A stretch of DNA of 63,130 nucleotides from Acutalibacteraceae bacterium (GTDB taxonomy: Bacteria > Bacillota > Clostridia > Oscillospirales > Acutalibacteraceae): contig JAZNLE010000101.1 of NCBI GenBank assembly GCA_045578885.1, positions 1-63,130 on the forward strand, written 5' to 3'. A program made the translations under genes and the position numbers. The notes under the pieces were generated by a model that was given only the letters and a program-made list of their open reading frames with translations, ran no database searches and had not been told where the DNA came from. The first letter of the stretch is position 1, and each line of letters begins with the position of its first letter. Positions 8,917-20,062 of this stretch are shown in pieces.

Positions 8917-11274
8917 TTACTTATATTCCTTTGCCGACAAACTGAAAATCGGTAATAACAGTCTTCTTTTCAAGATATATAATACCTTATTATTTTGGTC
9001 TACCAAAACCTTTTCGAGCTGTGTACGGGCGGTAAATACACCCTCAACACCCTCATCAGTAGGTGTAATATTACCGTAATGCAGTTCTTCAACCGTCTTT
9101 ATAGCGCCCAAAACTGCTTGCGCATAATCGGGAGATAAGGTTTCGCAAACCCGCCCTGCAAGCTCACTCATAGTTTCACCCTTTTGGAAACCGAAGCCGA
9201 GCCACGAGAACTGCCGCAAGATATCGCGATAATAGAACTCCGCTTGCGACTTTGTAGAACCAAAGCGTTTGCGAACCGCTTCAATTCCGTAGAATTTCGG
9301 CGAGAATATCGCATTGAGAATAAGGCATATCACTGCCAAGAAAACTAACGACAGAAATATAATAAGCGGTGCATTATACACAGTCTTCCACTTAAGGTGT
9401 GTTTCTGCTACCTTTTGCTCTTCTTCCTTAACATCGACATCAACTTGAACATCTGGCACTGTCGATTGCTGACCCAAGGTTATTTGATCTTTATTGGTAT
9501 TATTAGGTTTAACCGCAACGGCAGGCGCAGGATCAAAGGTCATCCAACCTATGTTAGGAATATAACATTCAACCCAGGCATACGGCGAAGAAGCATCAAT
9601 TATCTGCTTTTTGCCGTTAGGGTTCTTGATCGTTTTATACCCTGCAACAAAACGAGCAGGCACTCCCGCCTTTCTCGCCATAATAACCATTGCGGTTGCA
9701 TAATATACACAATGGCCTTTTTGGGTCGTGAAGAGACTTTCTATAATATCATCGCCGCGCTTAAAATTATTAGGTTCACGCGCATAAACAAAGCCGTTTT
9801 CTGCCGAGAAATACTCGCGAATTTTGAACACCTTTTCAAACTCATTTTCATCTTCAAGACCGAGTTTTCGAAGTGCAGTTTCAAGTTCTTCAGGTATTTG
9901 AGACGGCAGTTGTGTGTAACCTTTATAAAACTCACTCTGCTTATCATACAAGGGATCAACCTCAAAATTAAAGGTCTTTCTAAGTCGGTTCAGTTGCTTG
10001 TTCAAAGCCTTTTCTTTTGTGTTATAAACCAAAGCGTCAACCGTATAGCTATACCCTTTTTTAAAGCCGTAATATGAAAACAGGCTTCCCCTTTTATCAT
10101 ATAATACAGGGTTTATAGTATCTGTTTTTTCGGTGAAACCGATTACCTGTCCCATTGTCGGCAAAAATGAAGCTTCTTCTGCCAGAGTAATGGTAACTTG
10201 CGTGTTGTCCGCCACATTTGAAAGCTTTTTTATAAATTCAGAATTACTTACCGCCTCACCTGCAAGGTATGCGTTTTGCTCATAATCCCAAAAACCGTTA
10301 ATTCTATAGCTTTTTTCAAAGGAATTTTCCCACATAACACCGTCAAATGTGTCAAAACTGGTAATTTTAACAAGCGTTTCATCGGTAAGGCTTGTCGCAG
10401 CCAAGGGCTTTGGCTTAATGTTATACAAATTACCGCCGACATAGGTGCTGTTAATAACAAGACCTAAATCAAACAATGTAAGATTCAGTTTTTTCTGTTC
10501 TTTCGTATACGTATTGGAAAGCGTCTGCAAATCTGCTACAGCATCCGAACAAATGCGGTTACGGACACTCTCCTGTGTGTTTGTAACAGCGCTGAAAGAC
10601 AACAACGAAATTGCTGCAGTAACAAGGGTGGCCACCGTCACGAGCAACCATTTTTTACCCCACACACCAAAAAGATTTTTAAAATCAGGCAGTTTTACAT
10701 TCTGGAATTTTTCGCCCGCGATAAGCGGAAAAACACCTGCAACCAAAAATGGTATTGCCAACAGGTTATAACCTGTATGACCAAAAGCGTAGTTAACAAC
10801 AATAAATCCGATAACTACACCCACAACAATCAAAGCTCTTTTGAAAATTCGAGCAACAGCAAAATAGAGAATTCCTATGCCGACATTTATGAATGTATGA
10901 ACGAGATAAAAGCCCTCGTCAGAATACCATTTTGAATCATAGGACATACCAGATGTCCACCACTGCACAAAGCTTACAAAACTCTCAAAGAAGGTGTGAA
11001 TATCGCCGGTCAAGGATATTGCCAGAAAAAATACTGGTACTAATATACCAAAGTAGATTATAGGTATCCACCAACGCCTTGTAAACAGTACTGCCGCCAC
11101 TATTGCAAACAAGGTTTGCCACAAAATCGCATTAAGACCGATTTGGAAACTAAATTGCGCGTCGACAATAAGAGCCGAACCCACTGATACAAGCCAGCAG
11201 CTAAGCACCACGCTCAAAAATTCAAGCACAGTTTCCTTGCGTCTTTCTTTTTTCTTAAAAAGCTTAAAATTCAT
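8917..11274 (-). CDS. Transglutaminase-like multi-pass membrane protein (copy 1)
   Basis: 785 aa. N-terminal about 6 TM helices. Cys-His-Asp transglutaminase core (QKGHCVYYATAMVIMARKAGVPARFVAGY ... YAWVECYIPNIGWMTFDP). Late TM and a DUF4129-like C-terminal tail. Confidence 0.8.
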   Translation of the reverse strand: MNFKLFKKKERRKETVLEFLSVVLSCWLVSVGSALIVDAQFSFQIGLNAILWQTLFAIVAAVLFTRRWWIPIIYFGILVPVFFLAISLTGDIHTFFESFVSFVQWWTSGMSYDSKWYSDEGFYLVHTFINVGIGILYFAVARIFKRALIVVGVVIGFIVVNYAFGHTGYNLLAIPFLVAGVFPLIAGEKFQNVKLPDFKNLFGVWGKKWLLVTVATLVTAAISLLSFSAVTNTQESVRNRICSDAVADLQTLSNTYTKEQKKLNLTLFDLGLVINSTYVGGNLYNIKPKPLAATSLTDETLVKITSFDTFDGVMWENSFEKSYRINGFWDYEQNAYLAGEAVSNSEFIKKLSNVADNTQVTITLAEEASFLPTMGQVIGFTEKTDTINPVLYDKRGSLFSYYGFKKGYSYTVDALVYNTKEKALNKQLNRLRKTFNFEVDPLYDKQSEFYKGYTQLPSQIPEELETALRKLGLEDENEFEKVFKIREYFSAENGFVYAREPNNFKRGDDIIESLFTTQKGHCVYYATAMVIMARKAGVPARFVAGYKTIKNPNGKKQIIDASSPYAWVECYIPNIGWMTFDPAPAVAVKPNNTNKDQITLGQQSTVPDVQVDVDVKEEEQKVAETHLKWKTVYNAPLIIFLSLVFLAVICLILNAIFSPKFYGIEAVRKRFGSTKSQAEFYYRDILRQFSWLGFGFQKGETMSELAGRVCETLSPDYAQAVLGAIKTVEELHYGNITPTDEGVEGVFTARTQLEKVLVDQNNKVLYILKRRLLLPIFSLSAKEYK

Positions 11275-12467
11275 AGCACAGCACCTGCCTTTTTCACAAT
11301 TTTTTCAGCAGAGCTTATAACCACAACAAAATCTTCGCTTTCTTCTAACAGCAAATCTTCCTCGGTCGGCACAGGTTTTGTAATAATACATCTTACACAT
11401 TTGCCGTTACCGTTCATTTCCTTTATGTTGAAAATCAGTTCTTGTGACGGGTTATCGGTTATAAAATAAATCTTATCAGCCTTTAAAAATCCTGTATCGT
11501 CAATACCGTCAAGCTGTAACGGAGAACTTGTCTTACCGTAGATAATATTGGAAAAATCATATTGCATTTTTACGACATCGTTGCTGCTTTTAATCTCAAA
11601 AACCCGATTGCCTTCACCCGTTTTTGAACGTAAGGTGACTAGTTCAACTTCATTTAATTCTTCAACAAAATAGTCAGAAAGTGTCATAGCCGTTTCAAAG
11701 GCCGTGTCGACCGCATCCAACATTTGAAGGGAAACATAGGCTGTGTCAACTGCAATAACAATCTTTGGTTTCTGAAGCATTTCATACTGACGTGAATATA
11801 GTTTTTTCGCGCGTGCACTTTGCTTCCAGTTGATACGCTTTAAAGAGTCTCCCTCTCTGTAAAGACGGGAATCCCCTAAAAGTTCTCCCTCTTCTGCGTT
11901 AGAAAAGCTCGAATTACCATATCCGCCCGAAGATATGCTTTCTTCGGGTTCATCAATATAATACACCTTCGGCATAACCGCTAAATCAGCTGTGAAATCG
12001 TCCTTACTAGCGCGGATAAGGGGCAAAGAAAACAAACCGAACAAATCCTCAAAACGAAGCTTTTTTATACCAACCTTCCACGCTCCAACATGAGCACAAG
12101 GAAGCTCGAAAGCAAATTTACGTCTTACATAAAGCGAAGTCATCATTAGGAAAGTATGCTTCAAATGGCGATTGGACTTATCGGTCACATCTGCCGACTT
12201 AACCGAAAGATATCCCGCAACAGGAAGTATGATAAAACCACTGAAAGACAAATCATATTTGATATCCTCGCCGCGCAGAGCCGCCGCCTTATTTATTTTA
12301 GATTTAACATCAAGTGTCAATGAGGCGAGAATCAGTGATAAAAGCGAATATAAAATCAATCCGCATATACACAGCGCCATGATATAAAATTCTTTGATTT
12401 CGGTACCCAATGCCAAAACGGTGATAAACACGCCAATACAGGTTACGAAAAATCCTCTTAAAGTCAT
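11271..12467 (-). CDS. DUF58-family protein (copy 1)
   Basis: 398 aa. Two N-terminal TMs and the conserved GDSRLYREGDSLKRINWKQSARAKKLYSRQYE motif. It overlaps the TGase start by 4 nt. Confidence 0.75.
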   Translation of the reverse strand: MTLRGFFVTCIGVFITVLALGTEIKEFYIMALCICGLILYSLLSLILASLTLDVKSKINKAAALRGEDIKYDLSFSGFIILPVAGYLSVKSADVTDKSNRHLKHTFLMMTSLYVRRKFAFELPCAHVGAWKVGIKKLRFEDLFGLFSLPLIRASKDDFTADLAVMPKVYYIDEPEESISSGGYGNSSFSNAEEGELLGDSRLYREGDSLKRINWKQSARAKKLYSRQYEMLQKPKIVIAVDTAYVSLQMLDAVDTAFETAMTLSDYFVEELNEVELVTLRSKTGEGNRVFEIKSSNDVVKMQYDFSNIIYGKTSSPLQLDGIDDTGFLKADKIYFITDNPSQELIFNIKEMNGNGKCVRCIITKPVPTEEDLLLEESEDFVVVISSAEKIVKKAGAVL

Positions 12468-12488
12468 AAATAAAAAATTATCCTTCGG

Positions 12489-13430
12489 TTAGTCTTTAAT
12501 CTTAGGAACGCGGACAGTTTCGAGAATATTATTTATCGCATCAAGCGAGGTCGTACCCTTAGCGCCTGAACGGTTTTTCATTATCATTCTGTGAGGCAAA
12601 ACATAGGGTGCCAAACGTTTAACATCGTCAGGAATTACAAAATTACGTCCTTCAAGTATGGCAAGACCGCAAGCCGCCTGTGTGAGTGCAATAGAACCAC
12701 GAGGGCTGACGCCCATAACCACTCCGTCATACTGGCGGGTAGCAGATGTAATTTCAACAATGTACTTGAGCACTTCGTCTGCAATATAAACTAGGCCGAT
12801 TGCTTCCTGAATTTTGATAATTTCTTCAGCAGTAGCAACAGGGTCAAGCTTAACCTCACTTGTAACAGAGCGGTTTTGCTTTAAAATATCAAGCTCGGCT
12901 TCAAATGACGGATAACCCATATTTATTCTCATAAGGAAACGGTCAAGCTGTGCTTCGGGAAGCGGATATGTACCTGCAGTATCAACAGGGTTTTCGGTTG
13001 CCAAAATCATAAAGGGCTTCGGCAATTCATAGGTTGTGCCGTCAACGGTTACCTGTCTTTCCTGCATCGCTTCCAAAAGCGCCGACTGTGTTTTAGGGCT
13101 TGCACGGTTGATTTCGTCCGCCAAGACTATCTGCGAATGAACGCTACCCTTGTGGAACACCTTCTTACCTGTGTTAATATCAAAAATATTAAAGCCTGTA
13201 ATATCCGAAGGCAAAACATCGGGGGTGAACTGTATTCTCTGGAAATCGCAACCCAAAGAAGAAGCCAGAGCGCTCGCTAAAGTAGTCTTACCAAGACCCG
13301 GCAAGTCCTCGATAATAATATGTCCAGAGCAAATAAGCGAAACTAAGAGCATATCAATTACATCATCTTTACCTACGACGACTTTTTTGATATTTTCCTT
13401 AATCGCTTCCAAACAACCTAATTTTCCCAT
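12489..13430 (-). CDS. MoxR-family AAA+ ATPase
   Basis: Walker A GLPGLGKTT, Walker B VLADEINRA, and the ATENP motif. The start was moved to ATG 13430, which has AAGGAG 9 nt upstream (the track ORF starts at 13454). Confidence 0.85.
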   Translation of the reverse strand: MGKLGCLEAIKENIKKVVVGKDDVIDMLLVSLICSGHIIIEDLPGLGKTTLASALASSLGCDFQRIQFTPDVLPSDITGFNIFDINTGKKVFHKGSVHSQIVLADEINRASPKTQSALLEAMQERQVTVDGTTYELPKPFMILATENPVDTAGTYPLPEAQLDRFLMRINMGYPSFEAELDILKQNRSVTSEVKLDPVATAEEIIKIQEAIGLVYIADEVLKYIVEITSATRQYDGVVMGVSPRGSIALTQAACGLAILEGRNFVIPDDVKRLAPYVLPHRMIMKNRSGAKGTTSLDAINNILETVRVPKIKD

Positions 13431-13566
13431 TTTTAAAATTCTCCTTAATTTCAAAATACACTGTCATTCTATCACATAACACTCGCATAATCAACAAAAA
13501 ATTTATAAACTTACAACAAATAAAAACACCTTAAAAACGAAATCACTTTCCTTGGTTTTGTCTCAG

Positions 13567-16032
13567 TTAGATAGATTTGTCTTTCCTCTTCGAAAGATAA
13601 AAGCTCGGCAATAGCACTCGCCTTTTTAAGAAATATAAAACCTTGTTGTTTCTGTCTTTTAAAACATTTTCCAAAGCCTCGCGCGCATTGAAAACGGTCT
13701 TGATCTGCTCATCAGTAGGGATAACATTTCCATATCTTACCGCCTCGATAATCGCTATAGCTTCTCCTACTATTTTAAAGGCGTTGTAATTTCTGTCAGA
13801 TAGAATTTTTTCAAGTGCTTTCCTTGCGTCCAGGGTTTCTTCGCTTTGTTCTACACCGTCACAGCACAAATCTTCAACCGCATCTATACCCTTTGAAATT
13901 CTTTGGGCATAGTTTTGATTTATTCCGCTACAGGTTCTAAGCGACAGTTCATTTATAGTTTCGCCCCTTTTGAACCTAAAACCAAGCCAAAAAAACTGCC
14001 GTAAAATATCCTTATAATAAAGCTTTACCTGAAGTGTTGTGTCAGGGTAACGTTTTTTGACTTCCTCAAGCTTGTAAAACCGTTTTGAAAGCAAAGCATT
14101 GATTACTGCAAAAAGTATCACTACCGCCAATATACCGCCAAATACCAAAAGCGGAATATTGGGTCCTTCGGTCCACTCAAGCTCAGTTCCGGGAGCTTGA
14201 TAATCGAGTTCTTCATTCAATTCGTCCTCAGCCTCACTGCCAATATGTGAGCCATGATGATTACCCCAAACCCAACCTCTTTTGGGCGTTGGGTCAAAGC
14301 TCATCCAACCGATATGCGGTATATAACATTCAACCCAAGCATAAGGCTCTGAGCGGTCAATTCTCTGCAGTCCTGTTTTTGCCGAAGTCACCGTGCGATA
14401 ACCTGCAACCAAGCGTGAGGGAATTCCCGCATACCGCGTCATCGCAACCATTGCTGTCGCATAGTAAAGACAATGTCCTCTTCTGGTTTCAAAAAGCTTA
14501 TCTACGATATTTTCGCCCTTCTCAAATTCAGGCGGATTATCAGTATAGGCAAAACCGTTTCTAACCGAAAAATATTCGCAAATTTTATAAGCCTTGTCAT
14601 AATAGTTTTCAACATCAAAACCCATATCAGCGATTATTTTTTCTATATCACCAGACTGATTTTTAATTTCCGCTGTGTAAACTTTATAAAACTCGCCTTC
14701 CTTATCATAAAGCGGGTCATTAGCATTTCCGTAAGAAGCAATAATATCTCTTAGCTTTGTTCCGAGTTTTTCGTTTTTTGTATCATAAATAACCGTGTCA
14801 AAGCTGTATTTAAACCCTTCTTCCTGACCGTAATATGACAAAAGTCTGCCGCAAGTATCAAAAAGCACCTGATTTTTATTTGGGGTTTGCTCTTTAAAAT
14901 TATGTACCTGTCCTACCGTGGGAATTACATGGCTTCCTCGTTCAAGCGTTATTTCCACATTCTGAACCTTTGCAATTCTTTGTACATTCGCCAAGAAGAA
15001 TGTATCGTCTATAAGCCGTGTTGAGAGGTGGGTTTCTTCCTTCTCTCCCCAAGGACCGCTTATTCGGTAGCTTTTCGGGAAGCTGTTAGTCCAGTTGACA
15101 CCGTCAAATGTATCAAAAGCGGTAATTTTTACAAACGCGGGATCGGTAAGATTGGTCGTAGCAAGAATGGCAGGGCTTAAATCTGGAAGTTCACCGCCCA
15201 CATAAGTGCTGTCTTCCACAAGTCCCAAATCAAAAAGCGAAACATTACGCTTTTTCTGTTCCCTCGTATAGATACCCGTCACAGACTGAACATCCGAAAC
15301 AATATCGGTACAACCGCGCGTGCGTACACTACCATTGATCGAAGTTACAACGCTTACCGATGTAACGCAAATCACCACAATAACCATAGTCGAAATGATA
15401 ATAAAAAACCATTTTTTATCAAGTGCACCAAACAAGTTTTTAAACTTGGACAAATTAACGCTTTGAAACTTTTCACTCGCAACAAGCGGAAAAATTCCCG
15501 CTATCAAGAATGGAATTGCCAGAAAATCATAATTTGTATAACCTTTGACCAAACTAAAAACAACGATACCTAAAGCAAGTGCGGCTAACGTCCACGCCCT
15601 TCTCGTAATACGGGAAAGCGAGTAATAAAAAACGCCCACGCCGATATTTATTATTGTATGCACAATATAAAGCGATTGGTCATTATAAAACTTAGAATCA
15701 ATCGGACAAGCCGAAAACCACCAATCAAAAAAACCTATAATGAATTTTATCAGTTCTTTAATATCGGTCACAAACGAAGCGACTATCAAAAATACAGGCA
15801 CAAGTAATAATAAACTAATTACGGGCACCCACCACCGCCTTGTCAACAATACAGCCGCCGCTACGGCTATCAAGGTCTGCCACACGATTGTGCCGATACC
15901 CAAATGAATTTTAAAATACGAATCAAAAATAATACAGGTGCCGATAGTTATAAGCCAACAGCTAAGAACGTTACACAAAATCTCAATAAAGGTTTCTTTT
16001 TTGGCAATATTACTTTTCCGTCCAAATATCAT
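13567..16032 (-). CDS. Transglutaminase-like multi-pass membrane protein (copy 2, with duplicated C-terminal tail module)
   Basis: 821 aa, colinear with copy 1 (RRGHCLYYATAMVAMTRYAGIPSRLVAGY ... YAWVECYIPHIGWMSFDP). The C-terminal helical module occurs twice. Confidence 0.8.
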   Translation of the reverse strand: MIFGRKSNIAKKETFIEILCNVLSCWLITIGTCIIFDSYFKIHLGIGTIVWQTLIAVAAAVLLTRRWWVPVISLLLLVPVFLIVASFVTDIKELIKFIIGFFDWWFSACPIDSKFYNDQSLYIVHTIINIGVGVFYYSLSRITRRAWTLAALALGIVVFSLVKGYTNYDFLAIPFLIAGIFPLVASEKFQSVNLSKFKNLFGALDKKWFFIIISTMVIVVICVTSVSVVTSINGSVRTRGCTDIVSDVQSVTGIYTREQKKRNVSLFDLGLVEDSTYVGGELPDLSPAILATTNLTDPAFVKITAFDTFDGVNWTNSFPKSYRISGPWGEKEETHLSTRLIDDTFFLANVQRIAKVQNVEITLERGSHVIPTVGQVHNFKEQTPNKNQVLFDTCGRLLSYYGQEEGFKYSFDTVIYDTKNEKLGTKLRDIIASYGNANDPLYDKEGEFYKVYTAEIKNQSGDIEKIIADMGFDVENYYDKAYKICEYFSVRNGFAYTDNPPEFEKGENIVDKLFETRRGHCLYYATAMVAMTRYAGIPSRLVAGYRTVTSAKTGLQRIDRSEPYAWVECYIPHIGWMSFDPTPKRGWVWGNHHGSHIGSEAEDELNEELDYQAPGTELEWTEGPNIPLLVFGGILAVVILFAVINALLSKRFYKLEEVKKRYPDTTLQVKLYYKDILRQFFWLGFRFKRGETINELSLRTCSGINQNYAQRISKGIDAVEDLCCDGVEQSEETLDARKALEKILSDRNYNAFKIVGEAIAIIEAVRYGNVIPTDEQIKTVFNAREALENVLKDRNNKVLYFLKRRVLLPSFYLSKRKDKSI

Positions 16033-17231
16033 AGCGCCGCACCCGCCTTTTCTACAATCTGGTCGGTGGAAGTGATATCCACACGCGTAACATCGCTTAT
16101 TTTATTGCTAACTAACGGGTTAATTTCAACCGACCTGTTTGAAGGCACAATACAGCAAGCAACCTTGCCGTTTTTATTGATACCTTCGCAAGCGGTTATA
16201 AGGTCGTCCGAGGGGTTAGAGGTTATGAAGTAAATTCTGTCAGCACCCACAACCTGCTCATTTTCAAGAACCGATAATTCCAATTCCTCATCAAGTTTAC
16301 TAAACGGCATATCTATAAAATTATCCCTTAACTTCAGGAGATCAGCAGAATTTTCCACATCATAAACCGTAAAGCCGCTGCCTTCTTGTTGGCGCACAGT
16401 AATAACACTTACTACATTTTCGTTACCGATAAAAAATTCTGCAAGCGAAAGCGCAGACTCACAGGTGATGTCTATTATTATGTCAATACCCTCGTCCAAA
16501 ACGGCAGTATCAACCACAATAACCGCCACAGGTCCCTGTGTCATTTCGTACATGCGCGAATAAAGTTTTTTAGCTCTTGCGCTTTGCTTCCAGTTGATAC
16601 GCTTTAATGAATCACCCTCGCGGTAAAGTCTTGAATCACCCAAAAGCTCACCGTCTTCAGAGCACAGCATACTCGTAGCGCCTATTCCGCCCACACTCAC
16701 TCTCTGCTTGTTCATACTTAAATCGTGTATGTTAGGGATAACCGAAACCTTGATTGAAAAATCCGACCTTTTAGCGCGGATAAGCGGAAAAGAAAACAGC
16801 CCGAACAAATCTTCAAGGCGCATTTTCTTAACACCCATTTCCCACTCACCTACATGGTCACAACTAAACTCAAAGGTAAAATTACGATGCACCGAAAAAG
16901 AAGGTAACAACATAAACGAATGCCGTTGCCCATTCTTTTTCAAGAGATTTCTCTCGGTGAATTTTATAAAAAAATATGACGACACAGGCAACAGCGTCAC
17001 GCCGTAAAGAAAAAGCGTATATTTAACAATTTCTCCTCGAAAAGCCGAGTTCTTGTCAATATTAGATTTTACATTTAGAGTGAGCATAGCAAAAATAAGT
17101 GATAAAAATGAATATAGTATCACTCCGCCGACACACGTTGCCACTATCAAGAGTTTTTCAAACCCTGTACCCAAAGCAAAAACCACTAAAATTATTTCAG
17201 CAATAATAATCAAAGTACCCTTTAAAGTCAT
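16029..17231 (-). CDS. DUF58-family protein (copy 2)
   Basis: 400 aa. It carries the same GDSRLYREGDSLKRINWKQSARAKKLYSRMYE block as copy 1 and overlaps the TGase copy 2 start. Confidence 0.75.
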   Translation of the reverse strand: MTLKGTLIIIAEIILVVFALGTGFEKLLIVATCVGGVILYSFLSLIFAMLTLNVKSNIDKNSAFRGEIVKYTLFLYGVTLLPVSSYFFIKFTERNLLKKNGQRHSFMLLPSFSVHRNFTFEFSCDHVGEWEMGVKKMRLEDLFGLFSFPLIRAKRSDFSIKVSVIPNIHDLSMNKQRVSVGGIGATSMLCSEDGELLGDSRLYREGDSLKRINWKQSARAKKLYSRMYEMTQGPVAVIVVDTAVLDEGIDIIIDITCESALSLAEFFIGNENVVSVITVRQQEGSGFTVYDVENSADLLKLRDNFIDMPFSKLDEELELSVLENEQVVGADRIYFITSNPSDDLITACEGINKNGKVACCIVPSNRSVEINPLVSNKISDVTRVDITSTDQIVEKAGAAL

Positions 17232-17346
17232 AAAAACCTCCTGATTTCCAAAATTTCAAAAATTCAAAGTAATTCTACCACATCACGCATATATAATCAA
17301 TGAATTTTTTGTATGCATTGTTAAAAAAATAACTTTTGAAAATCTA

Positions 17347-17375
17347 TTGAATTGTGAAATTTCATATGATATACT
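17347..17375 (+). promoter_or_regulatory. Candidate sigma-A promoter of the atp operon
   Basis: TTGAAT, 17 nt, TATACT, about 40 nt upstream of atpI. Confidence 0.45.
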
Positions 17376-17411
17376 GTATTATGATATGAATTTTGGCGTT
17401 GGAGAAGAAAA

Positions 17412-17792
17412 ATGAAGAAAATCGACAAAACTATCATAAATGAAACCGTTTATATCGCAAATATAAGCATTGTTTTAAGTTTACTTTTGCAATCGGTATT
17501 CCTCATTATTGGCAAATGGGATTATACCGTACTACTCGGTAACATTTATGGCTTATTTGTTTGTATCGGCAATTTCTTCCTTATGGGGCTTACGGTTCAG
17601 TCCTCTCTCGAAAAAGATGTGGACGATGCAAAAAAACAAATCAAGGCTTCGCAGTCATTAAGACTTCTTATGCTGTTTGTTTTAGCGCTTATCGGTTATC
17701 TCATACCTATATTTAACATAATAAGCGTTATTATCCCCTATCTCTTCCCCCGCTTTGCTATATCACTTCGCCCAATATTCAAAAAAGACTAA
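17412..17792 (+). CDS. atpI: ATP synthase protein I-like small membrane protein
   Basis: 126 aa with 4 hydrophobic helices, first gene of the atp operon. Confidence 0.6.
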   Translation: MKKIDKTIINETVYIANISIVLSLLLQSVFLIIGKWDYTVLLGNIYGLFVCIGNFFLMGLTVQSSLEKDVDDAKKQIKASQSLRLLMLFVLALIGYLIPIFNIISVIIPYLFPRFAISLRPIFKKD

Positions 17793-17813
17793 TTTTCAAA
17801 AGAGGTAATATCT

Positions 17814-18713
17814 TTGAAAACAAAAAATATAACATTCAAAATTATTGACATTATTTATATTGTAATGATGGTACTGCCTATCGCTTTTGCTATTGTGCTT
17901 CAGATTCTTACAGCGCCTGCAAGCGAGGGTATAAGTATTTCGGGCGCACAAATCTTTTTCGAAATCCCGATGCCCTTGCAGAACTTCATTGTCACCGAAT
18001 CGCAAATAAACTCAGCTTTAGTGCTTATTACGATTTTCTTCTTCTGCCTTTATATGACTCACGGTCTTACGCAAAAAATCGAGCTTAAAAGACAGCACTT
18101 TGCAGAGCTCATTGTCGAAAAGGTTGACGGACTTGTAGGCGAAAATATGGGCGAATACTTTAAAGGTTTTCCGCCGTTTATCATCGCTATTATGGCTTTG
18201 TCTGCCTGCTCGAGCCTTTTGAGTCTTTTCGGGCTTTATCCCCCGACTTCTGATATAAACATCGTAGGCGGTTGGGCAATACTTGTCTTCTTCCTTATCA
18301 CCTATTATAAAATGAAGTGCGGACCGCTTCATTACCTTAAAGGCTTTGCAGAACCTGTCGCCCTCTTGGCACCCATCAACTTTATTAGCGAATTTGCCAC
18401 TCCCATTTCAATGGCATTCCGTCATTACGGCAACGTGCTTTCGGGCGCGGTAATATCGGTGCTTTTAGGCACAGCGCTCGGCGGTCTTTCATCTATACTT
18501 TTAAAATGGCTTCCCGGTTTCTTGGCAGACTTTCCGCTGTTTCAGGTGGGTATTCCCGCAGTTCTCTCAATTTACTTTGATGTTTTCAGCGGTCTTTTAC
18601 AGGCATTCATTTTCGCAATGCTCACAATGATGTATGTTTCGGGCGGTCTTGATATCGACGAATACGAAAAAAGAAAGTTAAAAAAAGCTCAAAAAGCTTT
18701 AGAAAATAAATAA
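17814..18713 (+). CDS. atpB: F0F1 ATP synthase subunit a
   Basis: TTG start with RBS AGAGG. The conserved MAFRHYGNVLSG (essential Arg) region is present, as is the multi-TM topology. Confidence 0.85.
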   Translation: MKTKNITFKIIDIIYIVMMVLPIAFAIVLQILTAPASEGISISGAQIFFEIPMPLQNFIVTESQINSALVLITIFFFCLYMTHGLTQKIELKRQHFAELIVEKVDGLVGENMGEYFKGFPPFIIAIMALSACSSLLSLFGLYPPTSDINIVGGWAILVFFLITYYKMKCGPLHYLKGFAEPVALLAPINFISEFATPISMAFRHYGNVLSGAVISVLLGTALGGLSSILLKWLPGFLADFPLFQVGIPAVLSIYFDVFSGLLQAFIFAMLTMMYVSGGLDIDEYEKRKLKKAQKALENK

Positions 18714-18732
18714 TTTTTATTTGGAGGAATAA

Positions 18733-19023
<291 letters not shown>

Positions 19024-19035
19024 GGATAGGTAAAA

Positions 19036-19542
19036 ATGCAATCGTTAGATGTTATTTCAATAAATATCTGGCAAATTGTTGTATCGCTTTTAAATCTTAT
19101 CATTCTTTTCTTGCTTGTGAAGAAATTCCTTTATAAGCCTGTAAAGAAGATGCTTGAAGAACGACAGGGATCTATCGACAAGCAGTATAGCGATGCCGAA
19201 GAAGCCAGACAGAAGGCTTTAGAAGACCAAAAACTTTACGAAGAAAAACTCTCTGCCGCAAGCGAAGAAGCGGACGGAGTTATTCAGTCTGCCGTAGATA
19301 CCGCAAAGGCACGCGAAAAGGAAATCTTAGCCGATGCAAAGCTTAAAGCAGACGGTATTATCGCAAAAGCCGAAAACGATGCTAAGCTTGCCGTACTCAA
19401 GGCAGAAGACAGCATCAAAAAAGAAATTATCGATGTCAGCACACTTCTTACCGAAAAGGTACTCGAACGCGAAATTTCTGCTGACGACCACAAAAACTTA
19501 ATTGATTCATTCATTGATAATATAGGTGATAGCGATGAATAA
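19036..19542 (+). CDS. atpF: F0F1 ATP synthase subunit b
   Basis: One N-terminal TM plus a long charged helix. Operon position fits. Confidence 0.85.
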   Translation: MQSLDVISINIWQIVVSLLNLIILFLLVKKFLYKPVKKMLEERQGSIDKQYSDAEEARQKALEDQKLYEEKLSAASEEADGVIQSAVDTAKAREKEILADAKLKADGIIAKAENDAKLAVLKAEDSIKKEIIDVSTLLTEKVLEREISADDHKNLIDSFIDNIGDSDE

Positions 19543-20062
19543 CAGTAACAGTGAATACTCAAAAGCTCTGTTTATGTTAGCGCTTGAGCATAATAAATTA
19601 GAAGATTATGCCGAATGCCTTAAAAATATCAAAACAGTAATCAGTGAAGCGACGGAATATCTCGAATATCTGTTTTCCCCTGCCGAGCCGCTATCTCGAA
19701 GACTTTCTTCTATTGAAGAAGCCTTTAGCTCTGCGCCCGAACATATTGTAGTGTTTTTAAAGCTATTATGTGAAAATGGTCGTGTAAGGGAATTACCCCT
19801 TTTAATCGAAGACTTTTTCGATTTAAAACGAATTTATGAAAACAGTATTGTTGCGAAGATTTCCTCTGCCGTGCCTTTGAGTGATTCGCAAAAGCAAAAG
19901 CTCGAAAGCAAGCTTACCGACACTTACAAGAAACATATCACCGCTGTTTACGAGGTTGATAAGAACTTAATAGCAGGTATGAAAATCGAAATTGACGGCA
20001 AGACACTTGACGGAAGTACTTCCAGGAAACTTAGTTTAATCAAAGGAGCAATGAACGGATGA
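19535..20062 (+). CDS. atpH: F0F1 ATP synthase subunit delta (OSCP)
   Basis: About 175 aa, in the operon position between b and alpha. The ATG at 19535 overlaps the atpF stop (GTG 19526 is the alternative). Confidence 0.8.
   Translation: MNNSNSEYSKALFMLALEHNKLEDYAECLKNIKTVISEATEYLEYLFSPAEPLSRRLSSIEEAFSSAPEHIVVFLKLLCENGRVRELPLLIEDFFDLKRIYENSIVAKISSAVPLSDSQKQKLESKLTDTYKKHITAVYEVDKNLIAGMKIEIDGKTLDGSTSRKLSLIKGAMNG

Noticed and set aside
9397-10077. 226-aa plus-strand ORF inside transglutaminase copy 1, and similar ORFs in copy 2 and in the DUF58 genes
   Set aside because: They are shadow frames opposite proteins with clear conserved motifs.
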